The position numbers were made by a program, and so were the translations under genes. From Bryobacterales bacterium (GTDB lineage Bacteria > Acidobacteriota > Terriglobia > Bryobacterales > UBA6623), in NCBI GenBank assembly GCA_965226385.1, contig OZ245359.1, positions 905,116 to 969,115 of the forward strand: a stretch of DNA of 64,000 nt, given 5' to 3'. This document shows, piece by piece, positions 56,603 through 64,000 of this stretch (its first letter is position 1; each line of letters starts with the position of its first letter). The notes under the pieces were generated by a model. That model was not told the DNA's origin, did no database searches, and saw only the letters and a list, made by a program, of their open reading frames with translations.

Positions 56603-57383
56603 GACATTGTCACGTTAATCGGGTTTGGCCGCAAAGGACCGCATTGATTCCCTTTCAGGCGGCCGCACTCGTACTTTCCGAAATCGTTTGAACGTGAGTC
56701 TGTTGCGTAAATGACGCTGGACGTAAAAGGTATAGTAAACAGCGGATTGGATGTTCAGGAGGCGTTGGACCGAACCCGGTGATTTGAAACGCTGCTGTTT
56801 TCGCTCTCGACGTCTGCCCGGCTGATGCTAATTCTCGGCACGATTATTCGCACGCTTATCATCAATGTGTTGAGCCGTCAGGCCGAAGGTTCGAATTGCG
56901 AAGTGATAGGATCCGAGTTTATTGGTTGCGAACTGGGTTGGCGCCCAACCTTGTTTCCTCAGCAGCTTGCGCATCAACTTCAACGCTGCTATGGCGTTCC
57001 GCTTCGATTGCATGAGGAAATACAGGACCTCGCATTCATTGTCGACGGCGCGTCAGAACCAATGGCGTTGCCCATGAATCACGATGACCATCTCATCAAG
57101 ATGCCAATAGTCGCTGGGCGTGGGTCGCTTGTGGCACAGGTTCCGGGCATTCGGCGCACCAAATTTGAGGAACCAGCACCGTACGCTCTCGTAGGAAACA
57201 TCCAGACCCTGCGCCGCAGTAGATCCTCCACATCCCGATAGCTCAGAGTAAACCTGGCATAGAACCGAACGGCTTGTCAAATGATGTCCAGTGGAAAGCG
57301 GTGCCGTTTGAAGGAGATGTCGTCCATCCCAAAAGGCTGCACCTGAATCCAGATCTGGTTAGAGCACAAAACGTGACAATGCC
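56603..57383 (-). mobile_element. IS6-family insertion sequence (781 bp), inactivated
   Basis: Terminal IRs GACATTGTCACGTT (56603-56616) and AACGTGACAATGCC (57370-57383), 13/14 complementary. Size and single-ORF layout are typical of IS6/IS26. Confidence 0.8.
56615..57327 (-). pseudogene. IS6-family transposase with three premature stops and one frameshift
   Basis: MDDISFKRHRFPLDII*QAVRFYARFTLSYRDVEDLLRRR, then a shift at the C3 run 57207-57209. GLDVSYESVRCWFLKFG...WHLDEMVIVIHGQRHWF*RAVDNECEVL...NNRAEN*HQPGRRRERKQQRFKS. Confidence 0.8.
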
Positions 57384-57533
57384 CAACTGAACTCGTCGAA
57401 CCAGCGCGATCCTCGGGCAAGGAATATCCGAGAAAACCACAAAATAAACTTCCGATACGTAGAGGAAATCAATGGCCGGACAAAACTGAATCTGACATCA
57501 GGAGCATATGCAGTCCATGCCGACTAATCCAAC

Positions 57534-59972
57534 TCAGGTCAAATTCACTGGATCGACATCAATCACGAGAGCCGTTGCAGGCCACTCTTTCTCAAGAGCA
57601 TATTTTCTGGCCTTGGTGAGCAGTTCTGCGATGGCTTTATGCTCCTGGGACTTCATCAGGAATTGGTAACGGTATTCCGTACGCAGCTTGACCATGGGAG
57701 CCTCGGCAGGTCCCAGAATCCGTAACCCTTTCGGCAGCGGATGCAGGCTGGCACTTAACTCCTGGCTCAGTGATACTGCTTCAGAAAGCACACGACTGCG
57801 AACAATCATTGATGCCATTACCGTGAACGGGGGATACCAGAGCATTTTACGAAACTGCACTTCACGTTCGTAAAAGGCCTGGTAATCCTGATCCTTGACT
57901 AATTCGATTGCATAATGATCCGGGTTGACAGTTTGTAGCAGGACCAGGCCGGGTTTGCTTCCTCGCCCTGCCCGACCCGCGACTTGAGTCAGTAATTGAA
58001 AAGTACGCTCCGCAGCCCGAAAGTCTGGAACCCCCAGTCCAATGTCCGCATCAACAACCCCGACAAGTGTGACGTTGGGAATATCATGGCCCTTGGCAAT
58101 CATCTGCGTACCAACCAGCAAGTTGTATTCGCCTTCCCTGAACGCCTGCAGAATTGATACGTAGTCATGGCGCCCCCGCACAGAATCACGGTCAAGGCGT
58201 GCAATACGCGCTTGAGGGAAGCTCTCATTCAGAGCATCTTCAACCTTCTGGGTTCCAGTCCCCTGGAACTGCAGGAATTCCCGTTCACAGTCTGGACATC
58301 TGCTTGGCACCGGCTCTTCATGGTCACAGTAGTGACACAGTAGTCGTTGCCCATTCTTGTGGTAAGTCAAGGCGACAGAGCAGTTGTTGCACTCGATCCT
58401 GTTACCGCAACTGCGACATAGCAGGAATCTCGAAAAACCCCTGCGATTCAGCAGGATCATGGCCTGCTCGTCCCTGTTGATGCAGCCTTGAACTGCATCT
58501 ACAAGTTCCCCTGAAAACAAACCGCTCTTCCCGGTTTTTGCAAATTCCTGTCGCATATCGATCAGGCTTACACTCGGCAATGGTCTGGCGTGTATTCTTG
58601 CCGGGAGGGAAAGCAAGGTGTATTTGCCGGTCTCGGTATTCCTTCTGGATTCAAGGCTGGGAGTTGCCGACCCCAAGACTACGACTGCACCAGCATTCCT
58701 GGCGCGTACGATGGCAACATTGCGCCCGTGATAGCGAGGAGCCTCATCCTGCTTGTATCCGTTGTCATGCTCCTCATCAACGATTACAAGACCCAGATTG
58801 CTCAAGGGTGCAAAGACACTACTGCGGGTTCCGAGTACAACCTGCGCCTGTCCGGATCTGATACGCCTCCACTGTTCTGCGCGTTGCATTCCACTCATGC
58901 CACTGTGTAAAATCGCGATGTTCTCTCCAAAACAATCAAAAAACCGTGATGCCGAAGCTGGGGTCAAGCCAATTTCAGGAACCATCAGCAAGGCAGAGCG
59001 GCCACGACGGACAGTTTCCTCAGTAGCTCTCAAGTAAACTTCCGTCTTTCCAGAACCCGTGACTCCATGTAGCAGAAATGTTTGAAATCGATCCTTCTCT
59101 ATGCCCTTCCTGATCGCTTCCAGTGCAGATCGCTGATCCGGATTCAGGTTGATTTCACCGACCTGCACGTTCAACTGCTGTTGCTTCCTGACAACTGTCA
59201 GTTCCACCAACCCTTCCCTGGCAAGCTTTCTTGCAACACTGACAACATCCTTACGCTCCACCAACAGTGACCTGAGGTCGTGAGATCCTGGATTGGCACG
59301 CAAGAAGCCCAGCAACCACTTCTCACCCTTGGTCTTTCGTCCAGCACTTGATGCATTTGCTATTGCACTTACAGTCAGGATCCCGTCACGAGACTGTGTA
59401 GGATCCCGCATAGCTTGTTTTTCCTTAACAGTAATGAGTCCACGTTGCTGCAATCGACGCAAATACTGGGCAGACTTTTCCTGTTTCCTTAGCAGATGTA
59501 CCCAAGTCAGCGGTCTTCTCCTGAGTGCCAGTAGTAGAGAAACTGCAGGATCCTGAACCTGTCCTGTACTCTTGAATCTGTCTGCCGCTTCAACCCCTGC
59601 CGGCGTAAGAGAAACAGTTTTTCTGGAGCGCATTTCATCGCCCAAGGGCAGCATTGATTTCAGGACGATACCAATCGGTGTGCAGTAATAGGAACTGATC
59701 CAGCGGCCCAAATCGATTAATTCAGGGCTTAGAACCGCTTCATCATCCAACAGTTGCTGGATGGGGCGAACCTTGAACGCAGGTTTCATCGAGTGTGTGG
59801 AGAGAACGACACCGGTCAGTGTTCGTGCACCAAATTGAACAACTACACGGCAGCCTGTCTGCACACCTTCACACAGGGCTTCTGACAACCCGTACGTGTA
59901 AGTCTTGTCTAGTGGAACCGACAGGGCAATTTCGCAAAACGACGGCAGCTTCCCGCTGGTCGATTGCTCCAT
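57534..59972 (-). CDS. priA: Primosomal protein N' (replication restart helicase)
   Basis: GVTGSGKTEVY, VIVDEEHD, and Cys-rich insert CRSCGNRIECNNCSVALTYHKNGQRLLCHYCDHEEPVPSRCPDC. Confidence 0.95.
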   Translation of the reverse strand: MEQSTSGKLPSFCEIALSVPLDKTYTYGLSEALCEGVQTGCRVVVQFGARTLTGVVLSTHSMKPAFKVRPIQQLLDDEAVLSPELIDLGRWISSYYCTPIGIVLKSMLPLGDEMRSRKTVSLTPAGVEAADRFKSTGQVQDPAVSLLLALRRRPLTWVHLLRKQEKSAQYLRRLQQRGLITVKEKQAMRDPTQSRDGILTVSAIANASSAGRKTKGEKWLLGFLRANPGSHDLRSLLVERKDVVSVARKLAREGLVELTVVRKQQQLNVQVGEINLNPDQRSALEAIRKGIEKDRFQTFLLHGVTGSGKTEVYLRATEETVRRGRSALLMVPEIGLTPASASRFFDCFGENIAILHSGMSGMQRAEQWRRIRSGQAQVVLGTRSSVFAPLSNLGLVIVDEEHDNGYKQDEAPRYHGRNVAIVRARNAGAVVVLGSATPSLESRRNTETGKYTLLSLPARIHARPLPSVSLIDMRQEFAKTGKSGLFSGELVDAVQGCINRDEQAMILLNRRGFSRFLLCRSCGNRIECNNCSVALTYHKNGQRLLCHYCDHEEPVPSRCPDCEREFLQFQGTGTQKVEDALNESFPQARIARLDRDSVRGRHDYVSILQAFREGEYNLLVGTQMIAKGHDIPNVTLVGVVDADIGLGVPDFRAAERTFQLLTQVAGRAGRGSKPGLVLLQTVNPDHYAIELVKDQDYQAFYEREVQFRKMLWYPPFTVMASMIVRSRVLSEAVSLSQELSASLHPLPKGLRILGPAEAPMVKLRTEYRYQFLMKSQEHKAIAELLTKARKYALEKEWPATALVIDVDPVNLT

Positions 59973-60691
59973 CAGTCCAGGTGCTGGTTAATCAGTTCGG
60001 CCCAGATTGTATAGCCGGCATCATTGATATGTAAATTGTCTTCCACAAACAACTCCGGACGTGGCATGCCATCAGTTCCCAGCATTGGAGTGTCGATATC
60101 GACATACTCAAGCCTTTCATCGCTCTCGGTGATTGACTTGATAGCAGTATTCGTTTCCCGAATACTCTCAATGAGATTCCAGCGCCTGATGCTTGGCTTG
60201 ATACAGACAAAAACTATCTTGGTTGCAGGCAAGGCCTCATGTATGCGAGCCACCAGTGCCTGATAATCGGCAACTACAATTTCCAGGGTTTTGCCACTGG
60301 CAAGATCGTTGTCCCCCTCATATACAAAAACCACGGAAGGTTCCAGTGGCACCACAATGCGATCCACGTAACGCAGTGCATCTGCCATGTGAGATCCACC
60401 AAATCCACGGTTGACAACTTGCTTGCCCTCAAAGAACTGATCCAGATTCCAGCGTCGAAAACTGGAACTGCCTAAAAAGACAGCTGCACCTTTCGGGGGA
60501 GGATTCGTACGGTCACTTTCTTCAAAAGCCAGCATGGCTTCTTCCCAGCGATCCTCCTCAGCAACAGGTTCAACTTCCTGCTCAACAACAGGTTCTTCTT
60601 GCTGTGTTTGGCCACATGCGAAAAAGCATGTCACTGCAAGTAACAGCATCAATGTGCGACTAGTCATAAAATGTTTCATCAGGTGTTTCAT
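59972..60691 (-). CDS. SGNH/GDSL-family hydrolase, exported
   Basis: Signal/lipobox ...LLAVTCFFACG. Block I FLGSSSF, block II GFGGSH, block III EGDND, block V DNLHIN. Confidence 0.75.
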   Translation of the reverse strand: MKHLMKHFMTSRTLMLLLAVTCFFACGQTQQEEPVVEQEVEPVAEEDRWEEAMLAFEESDRTNPPPKGAAVFLGSSSFRRWNLDQFFEGKQVVNRGFGGSHMADALRYVDRIVVPLEPSVVFVYEGDNDLASGKTLEIVVADYQALVARIHEALPATKIVFVCIKPSIRRWNLIESIRETNTAIKSITESDERLEYVDIDTPMLGTDGMPRPELFVEDNLHINDAGYTIWAELINQHLD

Positions 60692-60780
60692 CTAGCATAG
60701 TATCGTCCTGCGTACTGTTCTTGAGCAATGGAGTGTACATTCTCTAAACTGACCTGTCTGTCCTGCACAGAACCATTAGC

Positions 60781-61734
60781 ATGAAATTCGAGATTCCCAA
60801 CAAGGTCTGGCTCATCCTGGGGGCATCTCTGGATGTTTCAGGCTGCATCCTGGTCTTTCTTTCACTATCTGAGGGTGGAGAAACCCTCTGGACAGGAGTT
60901 GGCCTGATTGCCTCGGGTTCATTCATGCTGCGTAAGGGGTTTGCAGCTTTGCAACAAACAGGAACATCCCCGTCGGTTGAGGAAGGCTCCATTCAACAAT
61001 CCGTAAAAGACAGGAATGTTGAGCCTGAACTCAAGCTTCCTGCACCACGTAATGTCAGTATCACCAGCCGTGGAATCCTCATTGTATCGGTCTGGGTTAT
61101 CATCCTTTCCATTTTCGGGGTCATGGCTTTCCGTCACTTCGAGTTACTCCCCCCACCAACCAACAAGGATCTGATTGAGAGCAACGGATCTTCGGCAACA
61201 GCCACGATCCATGCTCGTGAAACCCTGGAGCTTGCAGATGGACGCAATCTGCATTTCATCGGCTATCACTTCGTAACAAGGGCAGGCTCCACAGTGCGAA
61301 CAAGAAGAAGCGTACCAGTGAGTACTTTCAGCCAGCTTCCGGAAGGAAAAGAGTTGAAGGTTCGTTACGTAGCTTACGACCCACAGATGCATTACCTGCC
61401 GGAAATCACTTCCACTGTCCCTACCCAACTCATCTACTTGATCAGTGGTCTCCTGCTCATTGCTGCGGGATTCACGGATGCACAACGAAGGTTTCATCGC
61501 CGACTTGTTTCCTCCGGCATCCCACTCTCGGGCTTCATTGCCAACGTCAAACGCAGGGGCGGTGTGCGGTCATTCCTGATCAATTACAACGTTGCTGGCG
61601 AGCGCATGACTCTGAAGGCAACTGAACGGAACCCTGAACTGCACAACGGCCAGACAGTCACGTTACTATACGACCAAAAAAACCCTGGACGAGCCGTTCT
61701 TTATCGACTGGCTATGTACCGGGCCAGGGGTTGA
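60781..61734 (+). CDS. Membrane protein with DUF3592-like modules
   Basis: Several TM helices alternate with beta-rich segments (ATIHARETLELADGRNLHFIGYHFVTRAG...KVRYVAYDP; GFIANVKRRGGVRSFLINYNVAGE...TLLYDQKNP). Confidence 0.55.
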   Translation: MKFEIPNKVWLILGASLDVSGCILVFLSLSEGGETLWTGVGLIASGSFMLRKGFAALQQTGTSPSVEEGSIQQSVKDRNVEPELKLPAPRNVSITSRGILIVSVWVIILSIFGVMAFRHFELLPPPTNKDLIESNGSSATATIHARETLELADGRNLHFIGYHFVTRAGSTVRTRRSVPVSTFSQLPEGKELKVRYVAYDPQMHYLPEITSTVPTQLIYLISGLLLIAAGFTDAQRRFHRRLVSSGIPLSGFIANVKRRGGVRSFLINYNVAGERMTLKATERNPELHNGQTVTLLYDQKNPGRAVLYRLAMYRARG

Positions 61735-61765
61735 TTGCACTGTAAATCCCTGCCAACGCGAATAT

Positions 61766-63088
61766 TCACTTCTCTTCCGACTCGGATTTTCCGTAAAACA
61801 CGAGCGTCACATCCACTCGCCCACTGGATTCATTGGCATTAAATCTCCAGTCCGTACGCATCAGATTCTCCAGCATCGCTTCTGATTTCACACGGTTCAA
61901 AAAGTAAGCTGGATAGCGGATGTCGAAAGGATCCCCCGACTGCATACCCCAGCGTTTTCTAATAGCTGGCTCGGAAAGTATGTCAAGCCCCTCAATAATC
62001 AACCTCGAAAAGACATACAGTGTGCCAGGAGCTATTTGAATATCTAGGTTTACTTGCCTTGCATCATGATCCACCCGCTCCTCGAAGGTTGCCTGTGCCT
62101 TCATGTACCCATGCTGCTTCATACCTTCACTGACGGCCGCCATAGTGTCATAGGCCGCTTTCATGTTGGCCACCTCACCTGGAACAATCCGGTTGACCTT
62201 TGCGAGACTGTCCGGGTCTACTGGCATGGGTTGTGGCCAGGACACTTCACCGAACAAATAGACTTCACCCTGCTCGACATGTACATCAACCAGCAGTCCT
62301 TCCGAGTCCGGGTCCTTGCTGGTTTCGCAGGGGCAGAAAATCACATTCATATATCCGTACTCGGTATAAAGTGGCCTGGCATTGTAGTGAAGCAACTCCT
62401 TGAACCTGGCTTCACTGTAGGCCTCGCCTCTTGCTGCCTGGTTGAAAGTGCGCTGTAGTTCAGTCATTTCAACTTGCCCCGTATTACTGAACTTTACGAA
62501 CGAGATGTTATTTGTAGCCTTCCAAGGATTTATCAACATTTCGAACTGGCCTTCAGAAACAGGGACCAACTTGTGTTCAATCTCCTCTTCATGTCCCTGG
62601 CTTAGCCACCAGCCCTGCAGCGCATTGACCAGAGTTGCAGTCATCTGGCCGCCTAGAGGTGCATGATCCGTGTATAGCGGCACAACATCCTGCAGCATGG
62701 CGTTGAGTACTGCATCTTCCGTTCCAAAACCCTCGAAACGTACAGGGTAAAGCTCAACTGTCTCCGCGACGCTGAATGTCAGGCTGTACCCATCACTGAA
62801 AGGGTCGAAACGATAGCGTAACTGCTCGAAGACACCCGTTGCATTCAATTTGCGTAGAGCCAGATCAAAGTCCCGTTTCCTTACCTGTTCCCCTAGCTGA
62901 AGCCCGGAAGCCTCCAACAGCCCTTCCGTCGCAAAGTGCTGGTTGCCCTCGAACTGGATCGCTCGCAAGGGAAATGTGTCCTCAGCCAGCAAGGAAGCAG
63001 CTAACAGGAACGCAAGGACAACCAAAAGTAAGTCACCTGCTAAGGGCTTGCGTGACCTTATGTCATGCATCAGAAAGTTAGACAGCAC
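61766..63088 (-). CDS. POTRA-repeat protein without an obvious beta-barrel
   Basis: Signal/anchor, then POTRA-like LRAIQFEGNQHFATEGLLEASGLQLGEQVRKRDFDLALRKLNATGVFEQLRYRF and later repeats. 440 aa is too short for a BamA-type barrel. Confidence 0.55.
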   Translation of the reverse strand: MLSNFLMHDIRSRKPLAGDLLLVVLAFLLAASLLAEDTFPLRAIQFEGNQHFATEGLLEASGLQLGEQVRKRDFDLALRKLNATGVFEQLRYRFDPFSDGYSLTFSVAETVELYPVRFEGFGTEDAVLNAMLQDVVPLYTDHAPLGGQMTATLVNALQGWWLSQGHEEEIEHKLVPVSEGQFEMLINPWKATNNISFVKFSNTGQVEMTELQRTFNQAARGEAYSEARFKELLHYNARPLYTEYGYMNVIFCPCETSKDPDSEGLLVDVHVEQGEVYLFGEVSWPQPMPVDPDSLAKVNRIVPGEVANMKAAYDTMAAVSEGMKQHGYMKAQATFEERVDHDARQVNLDIQIAPGTLYVFSRLIIEGLDILSEPAIRKRWGMQSGDPFDIRYPAYFLNRVKSEAMLENLMRTDWRFNANESSGRVDVTLVFYGKSESEEK

Positions 63089-63103
63089 ACAAGAGTGTTG
63101 CAG

Positions 63104-64000
63104 TTACTCGTAAAGTGCATCAATCGTTGTTGCATAGCGTTCATTGACCGCACTTCTGCGGACTTTCATGGTCGGGGTAAGTTCACCAGCCTCTATCGAG
63201 AACTCTTGACCAAGCAGCGCAATCTTCTTGATTTGCTCGTAACTGGGCATGTCACTGCACAGTCGACTAACTTCATGCATGACATGTTCCTGAACACGGG
63301 AATCATCACAAAGTTCTTCGTCACTTGAACATTTTATGCCTTGAGTCTCTGCCCATTTCCGCAAGCTATCAAAATCAGGAACAATCAATGCACTCGGGAA
63401 TCGGCGCTGCTCGGCAATGACTACCGCTGTCCCAATGAGTCGGCTGCTCTTGAGAAGGTTCTCAATCGGAGCAGGAACAATATACTTGCCACCGGACGTC
63501 TTGAACATATCTTTCTTGCGATCGGTAATGGAGAGATAACCATCCTCATCAAGATTGCCAATATCTCCGGTATGGAACCACTCACCGTCCATCACTTCTG
63601 CAGTTTGCTTTTCCGACTTGAAATATCCCTGCATGACGTTGGGTCCGCGGACAAGTATTTCTCCGTCCTCAGCGATCTGGACTTCGACATTGGGAATGAT
63701 CTGGCCGACTGTACCAAAGCGCATTCTCTCCAGGGTGTTCAGTGAGACAAGGGGGGATGTTTCAGTCAGGCCGTAGCCTTCACAGATCGGTAAACCGATG
63801 GCATAGAAAAACTCTGCCAGATGGTGACCAAGCGGTGCTGCACCGGAAACAAACTTGCGCATGCGTCCACCCAGACGACCACGAAGTTTTCCAAACACCA
63901 GTTTCTCAGCCATTCTGTACCGGAAGCCCAGGCCTAAAGGGAGAGGTTCACCCTTCAGCCTGTAGGGCGCAGATTCCTTTCCAACACGGACCGCCCACTC
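63104..64000 (-). CDS. Long-chain-fatty-acid--CoA ligase (AMP-binding), N-terminus outside the window
   Basis: VSGAAPL, EGYGLTETSP, WFHTGDIG and DRKKDMFKTSGGKYIVP. The frame is open to base 64000. Confidence 0.85.
   Translation of the reverse strand, partial: EWAVRVGKESAPYRLKGEPLPLGLGFRYRMAEKLVFGKLRGRLGGRMRKFVSGAAPLGHHLAEFFYAIGLPICEGYGLTETSPLVSLNTLERMRFGTVGQIIPNVEVQIAEDGEILVRGPNVMQGYFKSEKQTAEVMDGEWFHTGDIGNLDEDGYLSITDRKKDMFKTSGGKYIVPAPIENLLKSSRLIGTAVVIAEQRRFPSALIVPDFDSLRKWAETQGIKCSSDEELCDDSRVQEHVMHEVSRLCSDMPSYEQIKKIALLGQEFSIEAGELTPTMKVRRSAVNERYATTIDALYE

Noticed and set aside
14961-56830. Possible TAG (amber) recoding. Six in-frame TAG codons have protein similarity continuing on both sides:
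- sulfatase relic, 14961-14963
- MTase::HNH, 27395-27397
- TPR gene, 38806-38808
- redoxin/TPR junction, 39375-39377
- MmeI relic, 46061-46063
- IS6 transposase, 56828-56830
   Set aside because: Confident backbone genes terminate with TAG at the expected protein ends: ilvB 24492-24494, ilvN 23946-23948, and the hydrolases at 16292 and 15653. The GC-rich block genes do the same. TAG is therefore an ordinary stop here. The 39375 case is also explained by two adjacent genes that happen to share a frame. The others sit in elements or relics that carry additional damage.
56888-56896. tRNA T-arm-like GGTTCGAAT.
   Set aside because: It lies inside the IS6 transposase reading frame, and no acceptor or anticodon stems can be drawn around it.
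1-64000. CRISPR arrays, tandem repeat arrays, rRNA and tRNA genes.
   Set aside because: Visual scanning of intergenic stretches found no regularly spaced direct repeats and no tRNA cloverleaf or rRNA signatures. The stretches scanned were 10.66-10.95, 13.0-13.46, 15.1-15.65, 26.3-26.72, 30.62-31.4 and 57.38-57.53 kb. A computational scan could still find something I missed.

Overview
This 64-kb window is a compositional mosaic. No rRNA, tRNA or CRISPR array was recognised.

**Backbone.** The backbone is moderate-GC. It carries ordinary genes:
- a tsaC-like gene, a trmH-like gene and rarA
- cimA-ilvC-ilvN-ilvB
- an SDR and an Nramp transporter
- surE-tlyA-nadK and ruvX-mltG
- priA and an acyl-CoA ligase
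- two intact sulfatases, a YjhG/YagF-type dehydratase and secreted hydrolases

This mix suggests a Planctomycetota- or Verrucomicrobiota-like host, but that is inference only.

**GC-richer blocks.** Visibly GC-richer blocks are set into the backbone. All but one (the serine hydrolase gene, block 2) adjoin or carry IS elements or their remains.
1. 1-10.66 kb: an IS1380 transposase, then an Acidobacteria-style locus with a CarboxypepD_reg TonB-dependent receptor, two tandem BNR/sialidase-like paralogs and a PHP metallohydrolase.
2. 13.46-14.54 kb: a serine hydrolase gene abutting a sulfatase relic.
3. 26.72-30.61 kb: a sharply bounded 3.9-kb IS1595-type transposon.
4. 37.70-38.61 kb: a second, 915-bp IS1595 element upstream of surE.
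5. 45.9-57.4 kb: an island with an MmeI-like relic, mrr, higBA, a HicB-like ORF, IS630 and IS6 relics, and a cusCBA-like metal efflux operon with uncharacterised partners.

**Best candidates for something new.**
- The IS1595-type transposon has perfect 48-bp inverted repeats and a 10-bp target duplication. Its cargo is a translationally coupled transposase, a 52-codon basic ORF and a methyltransferase::HNH operon. The cargo is now broken by a nested IS630 relic and an amber codon.
- The metal-efflux module is bracketed by IS6 ends and carries unknown accessory genes.

I did not recognise a clear, intact, novel multi-gene system.

**Caveats.** Many apparent pseudogenes are present. Several of their frameshifts sit in homopolymer runs, so consensus error must be excluded. 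All family names come from motif recall, not from searches.
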